Shown piece after piece: positions 10,396 through 19,869 of a stretch of 64,000 nt of DNA. Source of the DNA: a bacterium (GTDB taxonomy: Bacteria; Patescibacteriota; Minisyncoccia; Phycocordibacterales; JABMNX01); the NCBI GenBank assembly GCA_002687905.1, contig NZBM01000015.1, positions 2,811 to 66,810 of the forward strand, given 5' to 3'. The first letter of the stretch is position 1. Every line of letters begins with the position of its first letter. Position numbers and translations under genes: made by a program. The notes under the pieces are model-generated. The model had not been told where the DNA came from. It saw only the letters and a list, made by a program, of their open reading frames with translations, and searched no databases.

Positions 10396-11235
10396 ATGAA
10401 AATCGGATTTATAGGTCAGGGCTACATTGGGAAAAATTATGCTGACGATTTTGAAAATCGTGGTTACGATGTCGTTCGTTATGCCCTTGAGGAGCCTTAC
10501 AATGGTAATAAGGAAAAAATAAAAGACTGCGATATTGTCTTTGTTGCCGTCCCAACCCCTACAACACCAAAAGGATTTGATAGCTCAATTATTGAAGACG
10601 CACTGACTTTAGTTGGGGAAGGGAAAATTGCAGTTATTAAATCAACGATACTTCCTGGTACCACAAAAGATTTACAAGAGAAACACAAAGATATCCTACT
10701 CCTCTGTTCGCCAGAGTTTTTATCTGAAGCAACAGCTGCGCACGATGCCGCAAGCCCTTTTTCGAATATAGTAGGTATTCCAGAAGGGTCTCACAAATAC
10801 AAGGAAGCTGCCGATAAAGTACACTCTGTACTGGCTGAAGCCCCGTTTGTACTTACCTGCTCAAGCGTTGAGGCAGAAATTATCAAATACACCCACAATG
10901 GTAGTGGTTATACCCAGATAATGTTTTTCAATATTATGTATGATCTTGCCAACAAACTCGGTGGTGATTGGGAGCAAATTGAAAAAGCTGTGAAGGCAGA
11001 CCCTATGATATGTAATCGTTACGCTAGCCCCGTTCACAAAACTGGTCGTGGTGCAGGAGGACATTGTTTTATAAAAGACATTGCAGCACTTCGAGAGCTT
11101 TATGGCGAGACTATTCCGGAAGACAATAAAGGGTTTGAGGTTTTAGAAAGTATGGAGGAGAAGAACAAAAAGCTTCTAAAGGACTCTGACAAGGATTTAG
11201 ATTTACTTGAGGGAGTTTACGGAAAAGATATATAA
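10396..11235 (+). CDS. UDP-glucose/GDP-mannose 6-dehydrogenase family protein, short form lacking the C-terminal domain
   Basis: GQGYIG, VAVPTP, IKSTILPG, PEFLSE, catalytic GAGGHCFIKD; only 279 aa. Confidence 0.85.
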   Translation: MKIGFIGQGYIGKNYADDFENRGYDVVRYALEEPYNGNKEKIKDCDIVFVAVPTPTTPKGFDSSIIEDALTLVGEGKIAVIKSTILPGTTKDLQEKHKDILLLCSPEFLSEATAAHDAASPFSNIVGIPEGSHKYKEAADKVHSVLAEAPFVLTCSSVEAEIIKYTHNGSGYTQIMFFNIMYDLANKLGGDWEQIEKAVKADPMICNRYASPVHKTGRGAGGHCFIKDIAALRELYGETIPEDNKGFEVLESMEEKNKKLLKDSDKDLDLLEGVYGKDI

Positions 11236-11242
11236 AGCGTTA

Positions 11243-11265
11243 GGCCGTCGCGTATTGCGACGGCC
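11243..11265. terminator. Hairpin between convergent genes
   Basis: GGCCGTCGC-GTATT-GCGACGGCC. Confidence 0.6.
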
Positions 11266-11287
11266 CTGAATCCGCTATAAGCGGTTT

Positions 11288-11503
11288 TTATCTGCCTTCG
11301 CCGATGACGGCGATTCCGCAGTCGTCCCCAGGCTTGAACCTCTTCTGCTTTGGCTCCTTGTGATCTGGCGCAAGGCCAGGACGGCTGCCTTGCAAACCGC
11401 CGCAGCGACGGCCCTCCGGTATGAGATCGGTTTCGGGGGTTTCTTCCCCAAGGTCTTTGATGACAGCCTCTGGTTCTTGTTGGGTTTTTTTGTTGCTACT
11501 CAA
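11288..11503 (-). CDS. Small hypothetical protein (71 aa), SD-led cassette B
   Basis: On the minus strand: TTGTAT-17 nt-CATAAT (11570-11542), AGGGAG 7 nt before a TTG start, GC-rich body, downstream hairpin. Confidence 0.55.
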   Translation of the reverse strand: MSSNKKTQQEPEAVIKDLGEETPETDLIPEGRRCGGLQGSRPGLAPDHKEPKQKRFKPGDDCGIAVIGEGR

Positions 11504-11600
11504 TTTTCTTCTCCCTAGAGTTTGTGTCTATTCCGCTAATTATTATGGCTTATATCAAGTGTCTATACAACCAAGCTACACTGATGTAGTGTGGTCAGAT

Positions 11601-12071
11601 ATGGCAAATAAGGTAACTCTTTTGGTAAAAGATTCCTATCTCGCATATATTAAAAACAGTGTTGGGAGTAATGCCTTTCGCAATCTGTATGCAAAAGTTG
11701 GGAAAAGTAAGAAAGACATATTAAGAGACGGCGATCTCTCGTGCGCTTTTTTTGTCTCGGCAATGCTAATACAGTTTGCTCTTATTGAAAAACCACACGC
11801 AACGGTTGAAGGCCTTGAGCGGGATATAAAAAAGAGCGGGTGGAAGAAAATAAAAAGACCAAAAATTGGAAGTATTATATTTTGGAGAAAAGGACTACAA
11901 AAAGGCGAGGAACATCGCCACGTTGGTTTTTATATTGGTAAAAATAAAGCAGTGAGTAATAGCGACAAAAAGCGCCAGCCAGCAAACCACCATTACACTT
12001 TTGGAAAAGTAGGAGGGAAAGCTAAAAGAAAAATGGATTCAATTTATTGGCATAAAAAGCTAGACTCTTGA
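11601..12071 (+). CDS. NlpC/P60- or CHAP-like papain-fold protein (putative peptidoglycan peptidase/amidase)
   Basis: GDLSCAFFVS (Cys), GSIIFW, HRHVGFYIG (His), AVSN. Start moved to ATG 11601. Confidence 0.6.
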   Translation: MANKVTLLVKDSYLAYIKNSVGSNAFRNLYAKVGKSKKDILRDGDLSCAFFVSAMLIQFALIEKPHATVEGLERDIKKSGWKKIKRPKIGSIIFWRKGLQKGEEHRHVGFYIGKNKAVSNSDKKRQPANHHYTFGKVGGKAKRKMDSIYWHKKLDS

Positions 12072-12126
12072 CCGAATTAGTCTCATTTAGTTAAGCTAGA
12101 TTTAGCTATGAAAGGGGGGCTAAGCA

Positions 12127-12252
12127 ATGATACTTCTGAGTAAGTTTATACGCTCTCTCCGTATTTGGTGGAGGACAGTTCAATTCTTCATCCCATATGA
12201 CATCAAAATCATGGAGGAGAGAGACGAAAGCCGACAAACTGGCTGGAGATGA
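12127..12252 (+). CDS. Small ORF (41 aa, MILLSKFIRSLRIWWRTVQFF...), SD-led cassette C; below the ORF-track cutoff
   Basis: TTGACC (12068) with TAAGCT 18 nt later, AAAGGGGGG 7 nt before the ATG, hairpin after the stop. Confidence 0.45.
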   Translation: MILLSKFIRSLRIWWRTVQFFIPYDIKIMEERDESRQTGWR

Positions 12253-12263
12253 TAACTAAAAAC

Positions 12264-12291
12264 AAGGCGATGACAATCTAGTCATCGCCTT
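12264..12291. terminator. Bidirectional hairpin overlapping the mpl stop codon
   Basis: AAGGCGATGAC-AATCTA-GTCATCGCCTT, flanked by A- and T-tracts. Confidence 0.65.
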
Positions 12292-13703
12292 TGGTGTTTT
12301 TTTGTGACAAGTTTTGGTATTTCTTCTATAAGACCATCTAGATCTCCAGAAGTCATTAGTATAATTACCTCGTCCCCAGAAAGACCCTCTTCAAGAGTTT
12401 TTATTATTTTCTCTGGTTTTTCAAAACCCCTTACATTTTTGTGATTAGCGCTTGCCCTCTCAACTATTTCTTCAAGTGTAAGTTGTGCGTGAGTTGCTGC
12501 GCCCTGCTCTGCAGGTTTATACACGAGCACTTCATCTACTCCGTCAAACACATAATCATACCCAGTAATTTTGCCTTTGTTTCTTAAACTAAAAGTATGT
12601 GGCTCAAATACTGTAACGATTTTTCGTTTTGGGAAATGTACTTTCATTGCCTCAAATCCAGCACGCGCCTTTTCAAACGAAGAGCCAAAGCCTTCATATA
12701 CTGGAATTGAGGATTTTGGGGTAAGAAGGTTAAGACGTCGGTTAACTCCTTTAAATGTTCTTACTCCCTCTGCTAGTTCGCCCGGAGTAATGAGCTCCTT
12801 TTCAAGAAGAATGGCGGAGACCCCCACGATATTTTGAATGTTGTGTGCACCGAGGAGCGTTGTTTCTAATAGCGCTATACTTTCGCCATTTTTTGTAAGG
12901 GCAAACGTAGAAGCTTCACCGTACAAAATATCTTTAGCACTCCAAACTCCTTCATTTAGCCCGTAACTTGTAACTCCCTCATAGTTTTGAGCAAGTCCTT
13001 TTGCTTCACTGTTGTCAAAGCAAATAATTTTTTTGGATTCCTTTGGAAGAGATTCCAATAGCTCCTTAAATGGTTTTAGATAATCTTCAAGGGTGGGGAA
13101 TACATTTATGTGGTCGTGTGAAGCAGATGTGAGAAGCACATCTCTGGTGTTGTAGTGAAGAAACTTTGCTCTATCGTCGTTGTGTGCTGATGGGTATTCA
13201 TCACCTTCAAGGACAAATACATTACCATCTCCAAGCTTTGCGGTTTTTTCAATACCCAGAGGTACTGCGCCTATGAAATAGCTCGGGTCTTTTCCTGCGT
13301 TAATGAGGCAATGAGCTAGTAGGGCTGTACAAGTTGATTTTGCGTATGAGCCTGTCACCACTATGTTTTTTGTATTCTTGGTGAGCTTGCCAAGCACCTG
13401 CGCAAATGATTTTATTTCTATACCACTATCAATAGCCGCCCTAGCTTCTTCATTTGTGTCAGGCGAGAGTTTGGCTTGCTTTCCCATTACTATAAGGTCA
13501 GCATCTTTAGGAATATTTTCCTTTGAGTAGCCCTCCTTAAAATTGATCCCAGCGTCTTTAAGGTGTGTACTCATTGGGGGGTAGAAACCCACATCAGAAC
13601 CGGTTATCTCCCACCCACTGTCGCGAAGAAGAAGGGCAGTGCTACCCATGCCAACCCCTGCTATCCCTATAAAATGGGCCTTTTTACTCCCTTTTTCTTT
13701 CAT
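12282..13703 (-). CDS. mpl: Mur ligase, Mpl/MurC-like (UDP-MurNAc:peptide ligase)
   Basis: HFIGIAGVGM, TGSD..FYPPMS, EGDEY.SA..D.RAKFLHY, GAHN, FEPHTFS. YPPMS and KFLHY favour Mpl over MurC. Confidence 0.75.
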   Translation of the reverse strand: MKEKGSKKAHFIGIAGVGMGSTALLLRDSGWEITGSDVGFYPPMSTHLKDAGINFKEGYSKENIPKDADLIVMGKQAKLSPDTNEEARAAIDSGIEIKSFAQVLGKLTKNTKNIVVTGSYAKSTCTALLAHCLINAGKDPSYFIGAVPLGIEKTAKLGDGNVFVLEGDEYPSAHNDDRAKFLHYNTRDVLLTSASHDHINVFPTLEDYLKPFKELLESLPKESKKIICFDNSEAKGLAQNYEGVTSYGLNEGVWSAKDILYGEASTFALTKNGESIALLETTLLGAHNIQNIVGVSAILLEKELITPGELAEGVRTFKGVNRRLNLLTPKSSIPVYEGFGSSFEKARAGFEAMKVHFPKRKIVTVFEPHTFSLRNKGKITGYDYVFDGVDEVLVYKPAEQGAATHAQLTLEEIVERASANHKNVRGFEKPEKIIKTLEEGLSGDEVIILMTSGDLDGLIEEIPKLVTKKHQRR

Positions 13704-13758
13704 TGTGACACTCTATCATAGAGCTTGCTCTTCGCACTCAAATCGATAGTATTGGCTG

Positions 13759-14442
13759 ATGGCGACACTTTACATAATAGCTACTCCAATAGGAAACCTT
13801 GAGGACATATCTCCTCGGGCGCTTCGCATTTTGGGCGAGGTGGATTTGGTGCTTTGTGAGGATACGAGAGTTACAAAGAAGCTGCTTTCTCATTTCAATA
13901 TTAAAACCCCAACACTCTCATATCATTCAAATAGCGGACTTACCAAAACAGACAAAATTTTAGACCTACTTGAGAGTGGGAAAAATCTTGCGCTAGTTTC
14001 AGATGCCGGCACTCCTGCGATTTCTGACCCAGGGGCAAGTTTGGTTTCTTGTGTACGCGAGGAGTTTGGAGACAGTATTTCAATAATCTCAATCTCTGGA
14101 CCAAGTGCACTTATCTCGGCCCTTTCGGTATCTGGCCTTCCGGCATCTGATTTTCTATTTTTAGGATTTCTTCCTCACAAAAAAGGACGTGAGACACAAC
14201 TTAAAGAAGCTGTAGATTCAAGAAGAACGACTGTGTTTTATGAATCACCACACAGGATTATGAAGACTCTAAATTGGCTGAAAGACAATTTGGAGGATGA
14301 TAGAAGGGTGGTAGTTTCAAAAGAGCTCACAAAGATTTATGAAGAGAGTATTTCAGGTAGCTCAAAAGAGGTGTTTGAGTACTTTGAGGAAAATGAAGAT
14401 AAAGTGCGAGGCGAGTTCGTAATTATGGTTAGTGGAAAATAA
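13759..14442 (+). CDS. rsmI: 16S rRNA C1402 2'-O-methyltransferase
   Basis: LYIIATPIGNLEDIS, CEDTRVT, VSDAGTPAISDPG, FYESPHR, KELTKIYEE. Confidence 0.95.
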   Translation: MATLYIIATPIGNLEDISPRALRILGEVDLVLCEDTRVTKKLLSHFNIKTPTLSYHSNSGLTKTDKILDLLESGKNLALVSDAGTPAISDPGASLVSCVREEFGDSISIISISGPSALISALSVSGLPASDFLFLGFLPHKKGRETQLKEAVDSRRTTVFYESPHRIMKTLNWLKDNLEDDRRVVVSKELTKIYEESISGSSKEVFEYFEENEDKVRGEFVIMVSGK

Positions 14443-14468
14443 GGCATAGTTAAGCTATACTTTCGCCA

Positions 14469-14735
14469 ATGTCAAAGGATTCAGTAATTTTAATACTAGG
14501 TATCGTCGTAGTGATAGTGCCATTTCTTGGTTTTCCTGGAATATTTGAGACGATTGCTTTTGTAGTTTCTGGAGCAGTAATAGCCGTACTGGCTTTTATG
14601 TTAAGGCGTGATATTGCAGAAGGGCTTCACTGCAAACCATTTGAGGAAGGGAAGACTACTGATACATACAGCCAAAACAATGCAAGGAAAAATGATAATG
14701 AGGAAAACGCTGAAAAATCTGAAGGGGAAGGCTAG
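14469..14735 (+). CDS. Small hypothetical membrane protein (two TMs, acidic tail)
   Basis: Two hydrophobic helices; TATACT 7 nt before the ATG. Confidence 0.75.
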   Translation: MSKDSVILILGIVVVIVPFLGFPGIFETIAFVVSGAVIAVLAFMLRRDIAEGLHCKPFEEGKTTDTYSQNNARKNDNEENAEKSEGEG

Positions 14736-15903
14736 GCACAAATACGCCCCATACGCTTTTGCAGTAGTGGCAGCGGGTTTAATCCCTGCTGCTTATTTGG
14801 GTATTTCAGAGCTTTTGCCGGAGTCCTATGACGCAAAGGAAAATGCACCCGCTGAAGTGGTAGATGTTGTTGAGAACAAATTTGTGGTGACACATTTAAA
14901 GACTCCGGAGGCAGTAAAAGCAGTGTATATGAGCCAGTGCGTAGTTGGCACGCCAAGTTTTAGGAAGAAATTGGTGAATTTAATTGAAGAGACTGAATTA
15001 AATTCTGTTGTTATAGACGTAAAAGACTACACAGGAAAATTGTCGTTTGACACAAATCATCCGCTTCTTAAAGACAGCGTCTCGGACGAATGTGGTGCGT
15101 ACGATATGAAAGAGTTCTTAGGGGAGCTACACGAAAAAGGAATTTACACAATTGCTCGAATCACAGCATTTCAGGATCCTTATTACACAAGTATAAGGCC
15201 GGACCTTGCGGTGGCTAAAGGAAGTGCGACAAGCACAGTCTGGAAGGATTATCGCGGACTTTCTTTTATTGATGTTGGAGCTACAGAGTTTTGGGACTAT
15301 CTAGTGGCTATTGGAGAGGAGACATATAAAGTTGGTTTTGATGAGCTCAATTTTGACTATATTCGTTTTCCGTCTGATGGAGATATGAATGATATTTATT
15401 ATCCATTCAGTGAAGAGTTTGTAGTGTCTGACCCAGATCTTGGAAAGGCGCGAGTTGTAAGAGGATTCTTTTCATATCTTTCAAAAAAACTGCGACCGAC
15501 AGGCGCAGTGCTCTCGGCTGATCTTTTTGGAATGACTACAACAAACAAAGATGATCTAAATATCGGTCAAATATTAGAGTATGCTGACCCTTACTTTGAC
15601 TACATAGCACCTATGGTTTACCCAAGTCACTACCCGCCAAGTTTTCTTGGGCTTGAGAACCCAAATAAAAATATCTACAAAGTTATTCATTATTCTATGA
15701 GTGAGGGGGTAAAGAGGCTTACTAAAGCAAGCTCAACCCCATCAAAGCTTCGTCCGTGGCTACAAGATTTTGACTACGGTGGATATTACGGCAAAGAAGA
15801 AGTTCGCGAGCAGATTCAGGCAACGTATGATACCGGACTTACCAGCTGGATGCTCTGGGACCCGGCCAATATCTATACCAGAGAGGCTCTACTTAGTGAG
15901 TAA
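14698..15903 (+). CDS. Putative membrane-anchored glycoside hydrolase (DUF4015-like TIM barrel)
   Basis: NSVVIDVKD, IARITAFQD, GFDELNFDYIRFP, PMVYPSHY, RPWLQDF; N-terminal TM. Start codon uncertain. Confidence 0.75.
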   Translation: MRKTLKNLKGKARHKYAPYAFAVVAAGLIPAAYLGISELLPESYDAKENAPAEVVDVVENKFVVTHLKTPEAVKAVYMSQCVVGTPSFRKKLVNLIEETELNSVVIDVKDYTGKLSFDTNHPLLKDSVSDECGAYDMKEFLGELHEKGIYTIARITAFQDPYYTSIRPDLAVAKGSATSTVWKDYRGLSFIDVGATEFWDYLVAIGEETYKVGFDELNFDYIRFPSDGDMNDIYYPFSEEFVVSDPDLGKARVVRGFFSYLSKKLRPTGAVLSADLFGMTTTNKDDLNIGQILEYADPYFDYIAPMVYPSHYPPSFLGLENPNKNIYKVIHYSMSEGVKRLTKASSTPSKLRPWLQDFDYGGYYGKEEVREQIQATYDTGLTSWMLWDPANIYTREALLSE

Positions 15904-15941
15904 ACTGACTCACTATATTTTCTATACTATACTGAATAATA

Positions 15942-17654
15942 ATGGATGATAATCCCGAGCAGATAAATTATTTTGCGGCCACCGACTCACGTGGCGTGAG
16001 GAAGCCTTTTGGTATTAAGGCTATTGACCGCGCCCGCCATATGTATGTGATTGGGAAGACCGGAATGGGTAAGTCTACACTCCTTGAGAATATGGCCATT
16101 CAAGATATTCAGAACGGAAACGGTATTTCTTTTATAGACCCCCATGGCTCCACAGCAGAGAAATTGCTTGATTATGTTCCAGAGAATCGAATTAAGGACG
16201 TAATATATTTTGCTCCTTTTGATATGGATCATCCTGTTGCATTTAACGTGATGGAGGATGTGGGCTATGACAAGCGCCACTTGGTGGTGTCGGGTCTGCT
16301 GGGTGCTTTTAAGAAGATTTGGGTTGACAATTGGAGTGCTCGAATGGAATACATTTTAACAAACACACTTCTTGCTCTTCTTGAGTACCCTGATTCAACT
16401 CTTCTTGATGTAAATAAGATGCTTATTAACAAGGCGTTTAGGGCTAAAGTTGTGGACAGGATTACTGACCCAATAGTGAAATCTTTTTGGGCCGAGGAGT
16501 TTGCTAATTATGGTGACCGCTATACACAAGACGCAACTCCTGCAATTCAAAACAAGGTAGGACAATTTACATCAAATCCGCTTATAAGAAACATTGTTGG
16601 CCAACCAAAATCCTCCTTTGATGTAAGGAAAATAATGGATGAAAAGAAGATTTTCATAGCTAACCTCTCAAAAGGGCGAATGGGGGAACAAAACGCAGAC
16701 CTTATAGGGAGTATGCTTACAACCAAGATTTACCTTGCAGCAATGAGTCGAGCCGGCGAGTCTACCGGCGTCCTCAATAACCTTCCACCTCATTATTTCT
16801 ATGTTGATGAATTTCAATCGGTAGCAAACGACTCTTTTGCAGATATTTTATCTGAAGCCAGAAAATACAAACTTGCTCTTACTCTTGCTCATCAATATGT
16901 AGAGCAGATGGAAGAAAACGTGAGAAATGCTGTTTTTGGAAACGTTGGTACGACAATAATGTTTAGAGTAGGACCACTTGATGCAGAACTTTTTGAAGCT
17001 CTTTGTAAGCCAAAGTTTACAGCAGAAGACTTAGTTAATTTGGGCAAATTTCAGATTTATTTGATGCTAATGATTGACGGAGTCGGCTCACAACCATTTT
17101 CAGCTATAACGCTTCCGTCAATTGAGGAGCCTGAAATTACGTTTCGCAAGCAAATTAATGAAAACTCACAAAAGACTTACGGAAGACCGCAACAAGTTGT
17201 TGAGAAAACAATTCGTGAGAGAAATGAAATAGAGGACTCACCGCAAAAAAGAAGTGAGAGAGCTCTTCAAAAACAACAAGAGAAGGAAAAATCCCAAAAC
17301 GGAGGCAGGTACAGTGGGGGAGGTTCAAATGGAGGAAGAAATAAACCAAGGCGCGAGCTAAATCGCCACGACAAGACTATCTCTCTTAAAGATCTTCGCT
17401 CAAAAATGAAAGAGGAGGATAGAGGCAAAGAGAAAGGAAAAAAAGAGCAGTTAAATGACCTACGCTCTGCTCTAAAAAGTGCCATAAGCTCGCATAAAAA
17501 AGGCGAGCCAAAGAAGGAAGAGTCAAAAGAGGAGAAACCAAAACCGCCAAAACAAGCACCAAGCCCACCTAAACCGGAAGAAAAGAAAAATGAGATATCG
17601 GAGGAGGAGCTTAAGCGAATTCTTAATGTCGAAAAAAACGACTCAACCGGTTGA
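15942..17654 (+). CDS. VirD4/TraG/HerA-like P-loop ATPase with a charged low-complexity C-terminus
   Basis: Walker A GKTGMGKS, IDPHG, Walker B YVDEFQ, LSEARKY, LAHQY. Confidence 0.85.
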   Translation: MDDNPEQINYFAATDSRGVRKPFGIKAIDRARHMYVIGKTGMGKSTLLENMAIQDIQNGNGISFIDPHGSTAEKLLDYVPENRIKDVIYFAPFDMDHPVAFNVMEDVGYDKRHLVVSGLLGAFKKIWVDNWSARMEYILTNTLLALLEYPDSTLLDVNKMLINKAFRAKVVDRITDPIVKSFWAEEFANYGDRYTQDATPAIQNKVGQFTSNPLIRNIVGQPKSSFDVRKIMDEKKIFIANLSKGRMGEQNADLIGSMLTTKIYLAAMSRAGESTGVLNNLPPHYFYVDEFQSVANDSFADILSEARKYKLALTLAHQYVEQMEENVRNAVFGNVGTTIMFRVGPLDAELFEALCKPKFTAEDLVNLGKFQIYLMLMIDGVGSQPFSAITLPSIEEPEITFRKQINENSQKTYGRPQQVVEKTIRERNEIEDSPQKRSERALQKQQEKEKSQNGGRYSGGGSNGGRNKPRRELNRHDKTISLKDLRSKMKEEDRGKEKGKKEQLNDLRSALKSAISSHKKGEPKKEESKEEKPKPPKQAPSPPKPEEKKNEISEEELKRILNVEKNDSTG

Positions 17655-17662
17655 GTTGATTT

Positions 17663-19003
17663 ATGTGGCTTAGATTAGCCATATTTTCACTGCTCATTTT
17701 TCCAGGAACTGCTTTTTCGCAGGTTGTTATAAGTGAGATAATGTATGACCTTGAGGGCTCTGATACGGATAGAGAGTGGATGGAGGTTTTTAATGAAAGT
17801 TCTTCTTCGGTTGATTTATCCGGCTGGCGATTTTTTGAAGGAACAAGTAATCATAAACTTACTCTTAAGCAAGGAGGCGCGACTCTTGAGAGTGGGGAGT
17901 ACGCGGTGATAGTAGATGACGACGTTACGTTTCTAATTGATTGGCCGAATTATTCCGGGGCTCTTTTTGATAGCTCATTTTCTCTTAGTAATACTGGCGA
18001 GACTTTAATACTTAGAGACAGCGAACTCTCTGACATTGACTCTGTAACGTATAGCTCCGAGTGGGGAGGCAAAGGAGACGGAAACTCTCTTACCAGAGAT
18101 GATGGTGGTAATTTTTCAGGAGCTCTCCCAACTCCTGGAAGTGGAGATTTAAATTCTGAAGAAGGGAGCTCCGAAGAGTCTTCCGAAAGCTCTTCGAGCG
18201 GAGCTATCTCTGCGACCACTCCACTTTTTACTCCTGAAATTTTTGCCTACGCTGGAGAAGATAGGACAGTCACGGTTGGAGCTGACACAAAGTTTGAAGG
18301 GCAGTCTATAGGACTTGAGGGCGAGCCAATGACCAATGCTAGGTATCTGTGGAACTTTGGAGATGGGAGTATTCGTGAGGGTGAGAATGTACTTCATAAT
18401 TTTAAATATCCTGGGGATTATGTAGTGGTTCTGAACGTGTCATCTGGTCAGTATTCTGCATCGGATAAGATAGTGGTTAGTGCGCTCCCCGCGCAACTAA
18501 AAGTTGCGCGGGGAGAAGATGGAAGTGTAATTTTAGGAAATAGAGAAGATAGAGAAATTGACCTTTCTTGGTGGTACATAAAATCGGGAGACAAAACATT
18601 TCAGCTTCCTGAAATGACTTATATATTAGGGAGTAGCGAGATTAGATTTAGCTCCTCTGTTACTGAATTGTCCGAAATTGCCGAGCTATCACTTCTTTAT
18701 CCAAATGGCTCTATAGCCCTTTTAGAGTCCGAAAATGAGCCACAAAACCAAGTGCCTCAACAGGTAGTTACAGAAGTAGTGCCTAAGAAAAGGGCAGAAA
18801 TTCCTGTTATAGTGCCTGATATAGAGAGGGTTAGTGAGGCGGAAATAAAAGGTGAAGAACAGGTAGCGGCCCCTATCGCTGCTCGGGAATCGGATGATTT
18901 CTATAAATGGATACTTGCACTTTTTGGTCTGATTGGTTTAGGTGTAGGAGCGGGGCTTTATATTCAAAAAGAGGGAAAGGATGAATTTACTATAATTGAC
19001 TAA
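17663..19003 (+). CDS. Secreted, C-terminally anchored lamin-tail-domain plus PKD-domain surface protein
   Basis: Signal peptide, VVISEIMYD..EWMEVFN (LTD), Ser/Glu linker, YLWNFGDG (PKD), C-terminal TM. Confidence 0.8.
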   Translation: MWLRLAIFSLLIFPGTAFSQVVISEIMYDLEGSDTDREWMEVFNESSSSVDLSGWRFFEGTSNHKLTLKQGGATLESGEYAVIVDDDVTFLIDWPNYSGALFDSSFSLSNTGETLILRDSELSDIDSVTYSSEWGGKGDGNSLTRDDGGNFSGALPTPGSGDLNSEEGSSEESSESSSSGAISATTPLFTPEIFAYAGEDRTVTVGADTKFEGQSIGLEGEPMTNARYLWNFGDGSIREGENVLHNFKYPGDYVVVLNVSSGQYSASDKIVVSALPAQLKVARGEDGSVILGNREDREIDLSWWYIKSGDKTFQLPEMTYILGSSEIRFSSSVTELSEIAELSLLYPNGSIALLESENEPQNQVPQQVVTEVVPKKRAEIPVIVPDIERVSEAEIKGEEQVAAPIAARESDDFYKWILALFGLIGLGVGAGLYIQKEGKDEFTIID

Positions 19004-19869
19004 TGGCTAAAGAAAATAAAAAAACAATACTGGTAACCGGCGGAGCCGGCTTTATAGGCTCTCACCTCTGTGAGCGCCTTGTTAAAGGTGGTCATAGAGT
19101 AATTAGTCTTGACAACTACTTCACCGGCTCAAAGGATAATCACGTGGGCGGAGTGGAATATATAGAGGGCCATACTAAAGATATTGAAAAGCATATAAAG
19201 GAGGAAATTAATATAATTTTTCACTTAGGAGAATACGCCAGAGTTGAGAAGAGTTTGGAAGAGCCCGAATTGGTTTGGGAGTTAAATAAGGAGGGAACTT
19301 TTCGTGTTCTTGAGTTTTGTAGGAAAAATAAACCGAAACTTGTTTATGCGGGCTCAAGTACAAAATATGGTGATGGTGGTTTGGGACGTGACCAGAGCCC
19401 ATATGCTTGGACAAAAGCAAGCAACACTGAACTAGTGAGAAATTATGGGGAATGGTGTGGCATAAATTATGCAATAACATACTTTTATAACGTGTATGGG
19501 GGGAAGGAGAGAAGCGGTGCTTACGGAACAGTAATTGCGATATTTAAAGAGAAGTTTAAGAAAGGGGAGTCAATTCCTGTAGTTTCTCCTGGGACTCAAG
19601 TGAGAAATTTTACTCACATTAATGATATTGTTGACGGCCTAATAATGGTTGGGGAGAAAGGTCATGGCGACGATTATGGACTTGGAGATGAGAGGGGATA
19701 CTCAATACTTGAGATAGCAAAGATGTTTGGGGGAGAAATTGATATGTTGCCTGAACGTAAAGGAAATAGAATGGAATCTGACATAGATACGACAAAAACA
19801 AGAGGTTTAGGGTGGTCTCCTCAAAGAGGGGTTGAGGATTATATCAAAGATATAAGCAAAGGTTTATGA
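19003..19869 (+). CDS. NAD-dependent epimerase/dehydratase
   Basis: TGGAGFIGSH, YAWTK, YFYNVYG. Confidence 0.9.
   Translation: MAKENKKTILVTGGAGFIGSHLCERLVKGGHRVISLDNYFTGSKDNHVGGVEYIEGHTKDIEKHIKEEINIIFHLGEYARVEKSLEEPELVWELNKEGTFRVLEFCRKNKPKLVYAGSSTKYGDGGLGRDQSPYAWTKASNTELVRNYGEWCGINYAITYFYNVYGGKERSGAYGTVIAIFKEKFKKGESIPVVSPGTQVRNFTHINDIVDGLIMVGEKGHGDDYGLGDERGYSILEIAKMFGGEIDMLPERKGNRMESDIDTTKTRGLGWSPQRGVEDYIKDISKGL

Noticed and set aside
17230-17640. Lys/Glu/Pro/Gly-rich low-complexity stretch as a DNA repeat element
   Set aside because: It is the in-frame disordered tail of the ATPase and has no exact tandem unit.
15942-17654. Conjugative element or ICE
   Set aside because: A single ATPase without relaxase, VirB genes, integrase or att sites.
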